A stretch of DNA of 64,000 nt from contig OX597822.1 in NCBI GenBank assembly GCA_951406725.2, positions 72,106,001 to 72,170,000 on the forward strand, given 5' to 3'. Of this stretch, positions 1-12,780 are shown in pieces. The notes beneath the pieces are model-generated. The model was not told where the DNA came from, searched no databases, and worked only from the letters and a program-made list of their open reading frames with translations. The position numbers were made by a program, and so were the translations under genes. Numbering within the stretch: position 1 is the first letter of the stretch; every line of letters begins with the position of its first letter. This stretch comes from Octopus vulgaris. Lineage: Eukaryota.

Positions 1-99
1 CTTTATTTTTTGTTAGAAAGCTAGCACATCTATTTCTTTATTCTAACTCATTTTGCGCTTTATAAAGTACTTATAAATCGTTTTTTGCTAGTTTTGTTT

Positions 100-1020
100 A
101 GAGATAACTAAGTCAGGAATTCGTACAGTTTTTAAATATGAGTTCTTTCTTGGAAATACATCGTCACACACAGCTCGGAATATTAATGGAGTATTTCATT
201 CTAACGTTATTACACAGCGGACAGTATCAAATTAGTTTGCAAAATTTCGTTCTGGTAACTTTGACCTCACAAATGAGCAATGCGGTCGACCAGAAACAAA
301 GGTGGATAATGACGAATTGAAAGCCACCGTCAAGTCAGATCCATCTCAAAGTGCCCGTGAATTATCGTTGTTGTTTGGTGTTAGCAAGCAAACAATATTG
401 ACTCACCTAGTTCAAATCAGTAAAGTGAAAAAGTTGCATAAGTGGGTTCCACATGAACTCAATGAAAATCAGAAACAGCAAGGTTTGGAAGCCTGCATTA
501 TGCTATTTTCTCGTCACAAAAATGAATAATTTTTTAATCGAATTGTAACACGTGATGAGAAATGGATCCAATACAACAACCGTAAACGTTCAGCACAATG
601 GTTGAACAAAGATGAGCCACCAAAATACAGTCCAAAAAGCAAAATTCATCAAAAGAAGCTGATGGTGTGTGTTTGGTGGTTTGGTGCAGTTTGTGATCCA
701 TTATGATTTCATTAAACCTGGCTCATCAATCACGGCCGAAGTAAACTGCAGCCAACTAAACCAAATGATGCAGAAAAAAACAGTCTAGCTTAGTCAAAAG
801 ATCTACTATTTTATTGCAAGTTAACACCAGACCATACATCGCAAAAATGACATTGGCGAAACTACAGGAGTTGGAGTTGGAAGTTCTCCATCATCCACCA
901 TACTCACCTGATCTTGCCCCCACTGTCTACCACTTCAAGAATTTGGGTAACTTTTTGATAGGAAAAAAATTTAATTCCGACGATGCTGTAAAACAGGCCT
1001 TACAAAATTGTATCGAGTAC
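100..1020 (+). mobile_element. Decayed mariner (Mos1/Hsmar-like) transposase
   Basis: WVPHEL, RIVTRDEKW, KLMVCVWW and HPPYSPDLAP motifs across stops and frameshifts. Confidence 0.9.
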
Positions 1021-1430
1021 ACCTTTCATGGTTTACATCGCTAAATGCGTGTATGATTATGCATGTATATAGACGTGTACGCATGTATATATGTATAAAT
1101 GTATGTATGTATGTATGCATGTATTTATGTATGTGTGTATTTATTTATGTGTGTATGTATTTAAGAAGTCTCGGTTGTAAGCTATTGAAAATGATTACGT
1201 AACTTCTGTTCTTTTGTCATTCATATTTTAGTTGATATTATGCTCTGTACTGAATTTTTAGCTATTAAGACTCTGGAGTGGAGGATGTCAGCTATTTCAC
1301 ACACACTCGCCACCGGAGCTTCATAATATTGTACATTATAAAGCAAAGTATACTGAATTCTGACTAATTACTGCTGATTGTGGTTACTACTGTAGTAACG
1401 CGGAATCATACCGCACACACACACACACAC

Positions 1431-1479
<49 letters not shown>

Positions 1480-1814
1480 ATACACGTTTATACACTCGTG
1501 TGCGTATCTATACATGTATTGCATGCGAATCAGCTTCGCCCATCCTTATCATCTTGTATTATTATCATTCGTCTCATCAATGTCTTTTCCAGCCCTCCAA
1601 GCTACTCATTTTTGTACTGCCTCTATGGCAAATGAAATGAATAAAAGTTGATTTCTTCCTATTTTTTCATAAAAGTTTCTTGCTGTTTGTTTCGAACACA
1701 CGGACAACGTACACCAATCACACAACTGAGTAGTGACGTATAAATCTATCAAAAGTCTACATCAATAGCTACGGACCTGTTTGCTATAAAGAGGCAGTAA
1801 GACACCAACATCAC

Positions 1815-1862
1815 TTCATCCAGAAGATGTGACTACGAATGTCTAGAAACATTGATGATGGA
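1815..1862 (+). ncRNA. Degenerate hammerhead motif
   Basis: UUCAUC CAGAAGA ugu GAC..GUC ua GAAA cauugau GAUGGA; stem I pairs but the core is mutated. Confidence 0.4.
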
Positions 1863-2591
1863 TTTGAGGACTTTACTATTCCAAAGGAACTACAAGCAAT
1901 TCATAAAAACAAATTGTTAAAAAGATAAAACTGGAACAGTTGTTTCTCAATTCAACATATACACATCGGGAAACTCACACACGCGCATACACACACACAC
2001 AAACACACATATATGTATATATGTATGCACACATATTTGTATGTATATATGGACGCACATATTTAAGTATACATGCATACACATACATATATAAACTGGA
2101 AAGACTCAATTTGGGATTACATTGATGTAAATGTAATTCGTTAAAGATGGTTATGTTTCATGAATAAGCCGTATGTCTGGCAAAACTTCGAAGTTACTAT
2201 AAATATAATTACTGAAAATATGAGGCTTGTGGCGAATCCTTTATTAAGCTAATTTTTGTTGCTTTTATGCATATCAAATAATTTACATAAATATGCATAT
2301 GTATTACACACACAAGTTCGTTACTAGGAAATATAGTTTTGAAATCATTTTTTTATAATGGGCTTACACATGTTTTAGTGATATGTACGAAGAGATTACG
2401 TAAGATTAAATATTATGCAATACTTACTTAATAAGGCGTCACCTCGTCAGAAGTTATGACAAATAAAGAATTATGTTCCGTATCACATAACATAGCAGTC
2501 TAGAGATTTGAAGGTGAAGTATATTTCCATCTCCGTCTCTTTCCCCATCCCTCCCTTAGTCCCACCATTCCCTCACTCTTTACAGATATAC

Positions 2592-2652
<61 letters not shown>

Positions 2653-2868
2653 ATAAAAAATGTTACCATGGTTTTCTCTGTTCAATCCTTGTTAATGTCA
2701 ACTTGTTTCTGTTCTTCACAACTTTGATTTACATATCTTTTATTTTATGCTGTTTCTTCACCCCTTTAAATCTAAATCAGACATTTTGTCTTCAATCTAT
2801 TGGGTATATTCCACTTTCAAATTTCTTGACTGCTATAAATGCTTAGTGTTGCTAAAAACGATTCTTTA

Positions 2869-3267
2869 TCTTTATATATAAAAATCAAGTTGTGTGTCTG
2901 TCTCCTACGATTTAGATTCCTAACTACTCCCACATTTTGCGGTGCAGTTTAACCCAAACCGGGTATCTTATAGTCGTGATTCATATCGAGCCCTTCTGGG
3001 TATTAGCGCGCGTCTACGATGAGTTTACGATTTAAAAAAAATTTACCATAATTTTTTTCCATTTTAATGCATTTTTTTCGCTATTATATAAGGGAAGTAA
3101 CTCTCTAAAAATGTCTACGATGAGTCAACGATTTAAAAAAAAATTTACCATCATTTTTTTTCCATTTTTAATACATTTTTTTTGCTATTTTTTGGCTATA
3201 ACTCTCTAAAAATGTTTATATAGTTATTTCCCTTACAAACCCGAGCAACGCCGGGCGATACTTCTAG
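2869..3267 (+). mobile_element. Non-autonomous Helitron
   Basis: Starts TC, ends CTAG, sits between A and T; subterminal hairpin cccgagcaacgccggg; internal tandem duplication of gtctacgatgagt..acgatttaaaaaaa. Confidence 0.8.
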
Positions 3268-3729
3268 TTTTTTTATAAAAACTTATGAGTTTACGCATCA
3301 TGAACAATTGCATAATAATCATTTCGTAATTGTCACAGAAACACGCGTAATGATGTTATTAGTAAATAATTTTAACCTATATTCTCCAGTCAAATACTGT
3401 GTATCCATATTGTGATCCTTATAGCCAGCAAACCCGTAACAGGAAATTTTGATGGAACTTGAATTTTCACCCCAGTCGTCTGTTTTGGAATGTAATAGAA
3501 CATATGAAGATCTAAGTCGATGGTTATATACCATGTACTTTAATAGATACTTCATAAACTTTATATATACTACACACGCACACATGCACACACACACATA
3601 TACATACATATATGTACATAATATATACATGTATATTTATATATACATGACTGGCAAATGAAAGATACTGTAAAAGTGAACGTGATTTACCAGTAAGCTA
3701 CCATGTGTAAACCATTCGTTATATTATCC

Positions 3730-3800
<71 letters not shown>

Positions 3801-3973
3801 CACACACTCACGTATATATATTCATATATATATGTATATAATATATATATATATACGCACATATATATACATCTATATATATTAACGTATATATATACAT
3901 ATATATATATGTATATTTAAGTATATATATACATACATATGCACACACACACATATATATATATAAAATATAC

Positions 3974-4018
<45 letters not shown>

Positions 4019-4089
4019 TATATAATGTATACTCATGTATACATACGCACACGCAAACACACACACATGCACACACACACACACAAACG

Positions 4090-4131
<42 letters not shown>

Positions 4132-4843
4132 ATTTCTTAATCCTTTATTGATTATTTATTAAGCATCTCTGATCGCTGTAGTTAGCTCACTGATTTGGTA
4201 GCATACATTGATCTAAATGTTCGTAACTTTATCTTTCTCTCAGACCGACTGCAGTAGTATTTAATCTACATGATTATCTTATATAAACTCTTTTAATTTA
4301 GAAATCCTATACCGTTCTGAGCTTTAAATTTCATCAGTTGAACTAATAACCTCTTCGTTCGAACTCATGCCCACTATTACACTGTTTCTATGGTTTTTTC
4401 ACACTTATACTTAGAATTAGTTACCATTGCCGACTCACAGCTATCCCACTTATTTCTAGGGTCCTGTTTCTTTTTTGTGTTTACAATCAAATACATATTC
4501 TCTTGCTATTGGTATTTATGAATCTTTTCTTTGGTTCTCCTTAAATATCCTTTTGTATCTAGCTTTGATTCGCCCTTCAACTTTTACAGAGACATATCAA
4601 TTCCTGAAATTACTAGCCGCCATTGTTAATTTTATAAATAAAATAAAATCGCTTAATCTTCCATATTTAGAAAAAAAAGATACTGAAAACAGATTCTTTG
4701 TAAAAATTTTCCCCATTTGAACAAATACCTCTGACTTTCGAAAATCTCATATTGAGCGAAGCATAGGGCCACCTGTAACGAATCACATTTACATTGATAT
4801 AATACATAGTAATAATAGTAATAATAACACTACCACAAAAACA

Positions 4844-4897
<54 letters not shown>

Positions 4898-4930
4898 TAT
4901 ACCAACACACACACACATATGCTTATATAT

Positions 4931-4979
<49 letters not shown>

Positions 4980-5034
4980 TATATACATACATATATGTAC
5001 ATAGTTACATTTATATGTATATATACATGCATAT

Positions 5035-5350
5035 ATGGATACAGGACGTCACAAAACGTAAGCAGCATGAAATACGAAGGCAAACTTGGGTATACGAACA
5101 ACGAGAGAGACAAATGGAAAACAAGACAAGTAACATAAAGAACGACCCTTCATCAGTTGTCGGCTCTTCATCTACTCCACATTTCGAGCAATTCACGACA
5201 ATATGGGGCTTCGAAAAACAGTTGCTTCCGCGAACCAAAATAAAATTCGGGATTTGTGGAGGGTCAGAGTTGGTAACAAGAACAGGACAGTGGAGACATA
5301 CGACAAACTAAACGAAAACAAACATGGTGGGCCGTTAAGCCAGACGAGGT

Positions 5351-5355
<5 letters not shown>
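5035..5355. repeat. Interspersed repeat embedded in (TA)n (family also at 19242-19696 and 60157-60450)
   Basis: Shared terminus GG.TACAGGAC..CAC and body AAACAACGAGAGAAACAAATGGAA...CTTCATCAGTTGTCGGCT; Penelope pLTR-like or MITE-like. Confidence 0.75.
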
Positions 5356-5399
<44 letters not shown>

Positions 5400-5755
5400 G
5401 ACCGAGACGTAAACAAACAAGTTGGTATAGAGTGCCAAGAGATGGTTACACAGACAGAGAAGGAAAATGGTGATTAGTGACAGGTTAATAAAAAGACAGA
5501 GAGATAAGGAAATATTTGGATGGAGAGTCAGCCTGAAACTGATCGAAACAATAAATTGACAGCAAATTGTTTGATAAACAATATTACAATAGGTAAAAAG
5601 TAGACGAAAATTGTAAAGGAAAATTACTACTGGTGTGTTTAGAGAGTGTATATTTAGGAGTACGTACTAAACACACCATTTAAGGTGATACAGAGGATTC
5701 TAAAAATACTTAAACTATAGATGCATACATAAATTGGTTGGTCTGCATGTGTGCG

Positions 5756-5847
<92 letters not shown>

Positions 5848-5959
5848 GTATATATATTTGTTGTTTATAACGAACAAGAGAACAAGAGAAAAATTACTGT
5901 TCTATATTAACATGCCCGTTTGATTGATCTAACATTTGTGAAACAAAAAAGTAATGTCA

Positions 5960-6087
<128 letters not shown>

Positions 6088-6383
6088 CACATACACACAC
6101 ATAATTTGATTATATGGTTTTTGATATAGATATTTCAACTGCATTCTCTCGATATCCATCTAATTCGTTTGATAAAATCTCTTTCTCACTCTCTCATTCT
6201 CTCTCTCTCTCAATCTTACTCTCAATCACTCTCTCTGTCTATCTTGTACTTCTCTTTTCCCATCATTCTGCATTACCTCTTTCTAACTTGCTTTTGTTCT
6301 TTCTTCATTTCTTTTCGCCTATCTTTCTTCCTTTCTCTCTTTCTCTCTCTCCATCTCGCATACAAATGCATACTTTTTTTCTT

Positions 6384-6389
6384 TTTATT
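6384..6389 (-). terminator. Candidate polyadenylation signal AATAAA
   Basis: tttatt on the + strand about 115 nt downstream of the stop codon; the AT-rich context makes this weak. Confidence 0.3.
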
Positions 6390-6502
6390 ATACCGGTGAA
6401 ATGTTGAAAATGTTCCTTTCTATCTATTGTTCAGTTCGTCACAATATCTACAAAGAGTTGTTAATTCTTTTTTTTTTTTTCCACCACAAGTTGGCAGTCC
6501 GT

Positions 6503-6949
6503 CTATGCAAAGACGTGTGGTGCGGACGTAAGTATTATAATAGTGGATAGCACGGTGAATAGACCACAAATGATAAAGCACAGACGATCAATGACCATCG
6601 CAGCAAATTTCCAATCGCCTTTGATCTCTTCGTCATCTTCGTCTTCTTTGTATTTCTTCGTTATTTTCTGAACTTCTTTGAGTATTGTTATTAACTCTCC
6701 GCGCCCAGAAGCGTCGGTGATAACCGGGAGTGGTGGTTTGACGCCACCGTTCGGGTTACTGTCATGTTTAAAATCATCTTCAATGTCCACGGTGTTGGCT
6801 AGCAAGCTTCGTGTTGACTTTTCGATTAATCGTAGTTCTTGAGCACGACAGTTCTGGACGGTGTGTTTCTTTAAGGGGCGCAAACGCTCTACTCCAGGTC
6901 GACTCATACGAAGAACACAGGCCAACCACCCACAGATGCCTTTTCTCAC
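6503..6949 (-). CDS. CHRNA7-like: alpha7-like nAChR, terminal coding exon (intracellular loop, MA helix, M4, stop)
   Basis: Acceptor tgtcgtttcag|GTG; VRKGICGWLACVLRMSRPG...SLLANTVDIEDDF...DWKFAAMVIDRLCFIICGLFTVLSTIIILTSAPHVFA-TAG. The SLLAN..DI.DDF motif resembles invertebrate alpha7-group subunits (Drosophila alpha5-7). Confidence 0.96.
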   Translation of the reverse strand: MRKGICGWLACVLRMSRPGVERLRPLKKHTVQNCRAQELRLIEKSTRSLLANTVDIEDDFKHDSNPNGGVKPPLPVITDASGRGELITILKEVQKITKKYKEDEDDEEIKGDWKFAAMVIDRLCFIICGLFTVLSTIIILTSAPHVFA

Positions 6950-7085
6950 CTGAAACGACAAGAGCAAAGAAAAAAAAAGAAGACATTAGCGATACTTCTA
7001 AGACTGTAAGGTTAATTTAGGAAACCAATACAACGAACAACAAGAACAAGAACAAGAACAAGAACAAGAACAACAACAACAACAA

Positions 7086-7165
<80 letters not shown>

Positions 7166-7188
7166 ACAATAGCAACAACAGCAGCAGT

Positions 7189-7380
7189 GGAAGCGTAATG
7201 GCCCAGTGGTTAGGGCAGCGGACTCGTGGTCGTAAGAGCGCGATTTCGATTTCCAGACCGGGTATTGTGAGTGTTTATTGAGCGAAAACACCTAAGCTCC
7301 ACGAGTCTCCGGCGGGGAGGGGGGGTGAACCCCGCTGTACTGTTTCACCACAACTTTCTCTCTCTCTTTCTTCCTACTTC
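7189..7380 (+). mobile_element. tRNA(Arg)-derived SINE, family C
   Basis: A-box TGGCCCAGTGG, tRNA-like GCGGACTCG, B-box TTCGATTTCC and conserved body GAGCGAAAACACCTAA. Confidence 0.8.
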
Positions 7381-7715
7381 TTCCACAAAGCCGAGGAACC
7401 ATGGTGTAACCCATTATGGTGTGGTAAACTTTCAGACCCTAGTCTAGATTGCGAATCTTCTGTACCCCAGAATGGTTCAGTTCTCCACCCGTTAAAAGCC
7501 ACCGTTTATGGAAGAGGATAACAACGTAGCTAGTCTACCGCGTGTGTTGGGTGGATCTTCAAGTTGCCACACGCATTCTTAGAAGCTTAGAGTAGGCTCG
7601 AATTAGAGATTATTCTTTGTGGCTAATAGCGTGAGTCCTGATTGGAAGAAGAAGAAGAGAACAACACCAGCAGCAGCAGCAATAATAACTGTAGCAGCAA
7701 CGACGACAATAGGTG

Positions 7716-8107
7716 CAGGCGTGGTGGTGCTGTTAAAAAGCATGTCTCCCAACCACTTGGGTTCAGTGTCGAAGTTCCACTGCACGGCACTTCGGACAAG
7801 TGTATGCCGTATGAGAGAATTTGGTTGACGGAAACTGTGTGGAAGCCTGTCGTATACGTGTGTGTATCTTTGTGTTAATGTTTGTCCGCCACCACCGCTT
7901 GTCAACGAATATCGGTTTGTTTACGTCCTCGTAACTAAACGGTTCGGCAAAAGGGATCGAATCGATAGAATAAGTAGTTGGCTTAAAACAAACAAATAAA
8001 CAAAAAAAACAAGTCCTGAGTTTGATGTGTTTGACTAAAACCCTTCAAAGTGGTGCCCCAGCATGGCCACTGTCCAGTGACTGAAACAAGTAAACAGGTA
8101 AAAAGTA
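7716..8107 (+). mobile_element. tRNA-derived SINE family B, diverged
   Basis: Contains GACGGAAACTG, CGGTTCGGCAAAAG and CAGCATGGCC..GACTGAAACAAGTAAA blocks shared with many copies in the window. Confidence 0.75.
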
Positions 8108-8140
8108 AGAACAACAACAACACCGTCTGTACCATTGTAA

Positions 8141-8526
8141 TTAAATCGTTCTATCATAGGCGCAATGCCTGAAATTTGGGGGAGGAGGATAATCGATTAC
8201 ATCGACACCAGTGCGTAACTGGTACTTATTTCATCGACCCCGAAAGGATGAAACGCAAAATCGACCTCGGCGAAATTTGAACTCAGAACGAAGCGACGGG
8301 CGAAATACCGCTAAGCATTTTACCCGGTGTGCTAACGATTCTTATTTCTTTACTGCCCACAAGGGGCTAAACACTGAGGGGACAAACAAGGACAGACAAA
8401 GGGATTAAGTCGATTACATCGACTCCAGTACGTAACTGGTATTTAATTTATCGACCCCGAAAGGATGAAAGGCAAAGTTGACCTCGGCGGAATTTGAACT
8501 CAGAACGTAGCGACGGGCGAAATACC
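8141..8526 (-). mobile_element. Two tandem SINE family A units
   Basis: B-box GAGTTCAAATTCC and core CTTTCATCCTTTCGGGGTCGAT; tails ...GTTTAGCCCCTTGTGGG..TAAAGAAATA and ...CCCCCAAATTTCAGGC. Confidence 0.85.
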
Positions 8527-11500
8527 AATTTCTTTATTGCCCACCGGGGGTCAAACATAGAAATGGACAGAACAACTGATGGGATCAGTAATTCGATATG
8601 ATTTTACATATAATGTGACTTTAAAAATTTAAATACAATATTTAAAAAAATCGAATGAAATTAACAATACAAAGACAATACCAATGAAGCGATGATCAGG
8701 CCACGCTCCGACCCCACAAGCCCCGATCTATCGCTGTTTCCTTTTCTGTTCTTTTTTTCCCGTCTATTCACACAGTTACTTGCATGCATAACACTCGTGC
8801 AACATGCTTCCATCTCTTTTGGCACGTACTGACATCTCTTCTCCAGCCACACCCTCCTTTTTAAATGTAAAGAAAAAAAATGATCGTAAATTGTGGCCAG
8901 AGATAAAGTTGCCTGTCTTAATTCCTTTTATCCTAGTCTTCCATACTGCCTCTTTCGCTATTGCTACAACCATGAGAAAACAATTCTTATCTTCGTTCAT
9001 TAAAACTCCCGGTGGGTCAATTTTTATAATTGACTCAGTCGACAGTTGTACTCTTCCTTCGCCGGACAGCAGGTGTTCAGCATAAGCCCACATTTCAGAT
9101 ATCTCCGGACACTGAACAATAGCGTGAGGGACTGTTTCCGTCTCCCCCGCATCTTGGACAGGTCGGCGACTGACGCTTACCGTATCTTGCGAGCTTATCC
9201 TAAACGGGCAAGGTACCTCTGTAGCATTGCCAGGTTAAGGACTTTTGGAAGTTGTCCAACGTCCTCAACCCAAATGTACGGTGAAACAGGCTGTTCAGTT
9301 GAATAAACCCGAGACCTAGAGTCGCCCCCAGGCCATCATCGCATTCAGACTCTACCAACCCACTATATAAAATCCGTGTGGAACCCCCACTGCTGGCGTT
9401 GCCCGAGCGCCGGAATAGCAAGAGGGTCTTACGGCACTCTTTATGCCATTCACTCGAATCTCGGTCTACGAGAACACCAGGCTTCCGCCAGATTTATAAC
9501 CAACCCTCTCTATGGTATAGCGAATAAGATGGAGGGTATCCTGAATGGTTCTACCTGGGATGGCACATGTCTGAGCCTCTCCGACTATACCATTCGTGAC
9601 ACGCGCCAACCTTTTTGCTAAGACCTTGGCCAAAATCTTCACTTCGCGTTTAACAGAGTGATGGGCCTGAAATTCTCTAGAACGTCTCCCTTGTCAGGGT
9701 CCTTTCTGACCAGCGTCACTACTCCTCGGCGCACAGATCTGGGGATCAACCCATTCTGTTGCTAGTTCGCGTACACGTCAGCCAGTAGTTGCCCGAACAG
9801 GTCTAGCATACATTTATACAGCTCGTACGGAAGACCATCAAGTCCCGGCAATTTACCCGCTTTACAGTCCACCAAAGCCTCCATCACCTTCACAGGCGTG
9901 ATTGGCCCGTCGCAAGACTCCGCATCCGACCCCGAGAAACACGGCAGCCCGGCAAGAAAGTCCTCGAGGGGTCTCCCACCACCAGGACCACCGTCACCCC
10001 CGAAGTACTCCCGAAAGGCCTCACACATTTTCTCGGGTTCGTTTACCAAGACACCATTTTGATTCGTCAAAGACCGAATAGTGGAACTATTTCCTTGCTG
10101 AGCTTCCACCACTCAGGCCCATCCAGCGGCCTTGATTCCTTCACTTCCCATCGCACGTAACTTAGCTCTGGCAATACTTCCCATGTGTTGGGCTTCAAGA
10201 TGCTGGTTTAACTCCAGTCTTTACACCCTCACTTGGTCCGCATTACCAGTCCTCCAGGCTTCTTCTAGGTCCTTAACTAGACCATCTCCTATTCTACGTC
10301 CCTTCTTAGCTAAACTTATGCGAAACCTAATAGACTCATATTTGATGGCTCTTTTTAGGGCGTACCACCATTTGTTATTTATGATGGTACCTGTTAATGC
10401 CCTCCGAATTAACCGCTTTCTGTACTCCTCAATCGCCAAAAGGGACGTATTGAGTTTCAAGTAGCCAGATCCCTGACTATGTAACTTATCTACCGTCAGT
10501 TTACAGGTAACCATCCTGTGGTCACTATAGCTGACTAGAAAAAACTGTGAACACTCGGCAATGGACTTATCTGTTTCTCTAATTAAAATCCTATCTAGAT
10601 GTGTTCTGGGAGACCCGTCACTATTTGACCACGTCTACTGTGGAGTGTTCGGGTGTTCCAACCTATATGGATCTGCTAGCTGAAAGTGGCTTAGCAGATC
10701 CCGAAAGCCTGGATTACATTTTCTGTTTATGTTCGAGCCAACACAATCTGTGTGTGCGTCATATATTGTGTTAAAGTCTCCTAACAATACTAACGAATGC
10801 GACGTGGCCAGGATCTTTCCCAGGTCACAAAAATATTCACTTTTCAAGCCCATAATGTTGGGTGCATAAATAGCGACTAGCCTGATTATCTTGCCACAAC
10901 TGAATGTCAGGTCAAGAAGGACCAGCCTGCCTTCTGGGTCAGAAAAAAACCAACTTTTTCTCGGCTACCCGGTTTCTTTTAAGTAGGACCAACACCCCAC
11001 CCCACCCCAGCCCGACTTGCAGAAACGTATTTCTCGTAGCCGTTTAGGAGGGGGAGCAGATCTCTTGGCCCCTTCACCCGGGTTTCCGTTGCAAAAATTA
11101 CATCCAAATTTCTCGACCTGATGTCATTTAGGAAGCGCCCTTGCTTCCAACTCGACATCAGGCCACGGACATTTATACAGAGTGTTGTTGTGCCGTTTCT
11201 GCGTTCTTGAACCTCACCACGATGGTTCCAAACTTCTTCCCTCTAGCTGGGTTTTAAACATTTTTCAATTTTTTTCTCTTATAAATTCTTACAGCTTTTA
11301 AGCATAATGTCTTAAAAATAATCATTTTTCTTTTTTCCTTCGTTAATTCTTTTTCTGGTATTTCCACTTTTACCACTCCATCTCGCTCTGTTATCATTTC
11401 CTTGTATTTTAATAATTCTTTTAATAATCCTTTTTTGTCAGTTAACAGCTGTCGCGTTCCACTACCAGCTGCTGATGCAAACCTTTTTCTTTCTTCATTT

Positions 11501-11833
11501 TGAACGGTCTTTGCTTCTATATTTCTTTTGGTATCCGTAACTTTTGGTAATGCAGAGAATTCATTTTCCGAAACATCAGAAATGTTATCACAAATTGAAC
11601 TTTCTATCTTCCTTGCTTCCCGCTCGGTCGATGAATCATCACCCGACGAAGACACACTTTTCGGCATCTTGCCGGCAATGAATGTTTTCCCCTGCAGGGG
11701 AAAACCACAGATAGCGTTCGAAAGAAAACTATAATACAATTTTTAAACAATAAGTCCAACAATAGGCACAACAAGAGATATAACAATTAACAGAAACTTA
11801 CGAACACACTCCAACAATAAATTTTCAATAACA
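8527..11833 (-). mobile_element. Tx1/L1-clade LINE, internally deleted, both ends present
   Basis: Short ORF1-like 11254-11739; APE motifs CINVRGL, LLGDFN, SDH; GYLKLNTSLL; PGLDGLPYELY; NFRPITLLN; C-terminal CPRC...HAIVQC. RT core missing near 9485. Imperfect 15-bp TSD at 8512-8526 and 11834-11848. Confidence 0.9.
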
Positions 11834-12240
11834 GACAGACGAAATACCTATTTCTTTACTACCCACAAGGGGTTAAACATAGTGTGGACAAACAAGGACA
11901 GACAAAAGGATTAAGTCGATTACATCAACCCCAGTGCGTAACTGGTACTTAATTTATCGACCCCGACAGGATGAAAGGCAAAGTCGACCTCGGCTGAATT
12001 TGAACTCAGAACGTAACGGCAGACGAAATACCTATTTCTTTACTACACACAAGGGGCTAAACACAGAGAGGACAAAAAAGGACAGACAAACGGATTAAGC
12101 CAATTATATCGACCCCAGTGCGTAACTGGTACTTATTTAATCGACCCCGAAAGGATGAAAGGCAAAGTCAACCTCGGTGGAATTTGAACTCAGATGGTAA
12201 CCGTAGACGAAATACCACTAAACGTTTCTACCAGCTTGTC
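11834..12240 (-). mobile_element. Tandem SINE family A array (2 units)
   Basis: Each unit ends AAAGAAATA and is followed by GGTATTTCGTCTG. Confidence 0.85.
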
Positions 12241-12348
12241 CTATTGTAATTAATAAGAAATCGCAGTGATTAAGTGTACAATTTGTTTCTCTCCTTCTCA
12301 TTGAAGAATGGCGAGTTAGTATCCTGTTATTGACTCACTGCTCTACTC

Positions 12349-12734
12349 CAGTGGCTGTAAACAGGGTCCACCTGACCCTTGGAGGACTATATGAGGTTTT
12401 CTTGTTAAAATTTATGCGTATGTAATTGATTATACTTCCGCAACACACACAATATATCTGAATTTTTTAAATAAAATTCTTTTACTCTTTTACTCTTTTA
12501 CGTGTTTCAGTCATTTGACTGTGGCCATGCTGGAGCACCGCCTTTAGTCGAGCACATTGGCCCCAGGACTTATTCTTTGTAAGTCTAGTACTTATTCTAT
12601 CAGTCTCTTTTACCGAACCGCTAAGTTACGGGGACGTAAACACACCAGCATCGGTTGTCAAGCGATGTTGGGGTGACAAACACAGACACACAAACGCACA
12701 CACACGCACATACATACATATACATACATACATG

Positions 12735-12780
<46 letters not shown>

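Noticed and set aside
4131-4790. Non-microsatellite segment with a protein-like minus-strand reading
   Set aside because: Many stops and no motif I can recognise; probably decayed transposon sequence but unassignable.
7189-7262. Functional tRNA-Arg gene (also 43175-43248)
   Set aside because: It continues into a SINE body shared by several copies, and the cloverleaf is imperfect.
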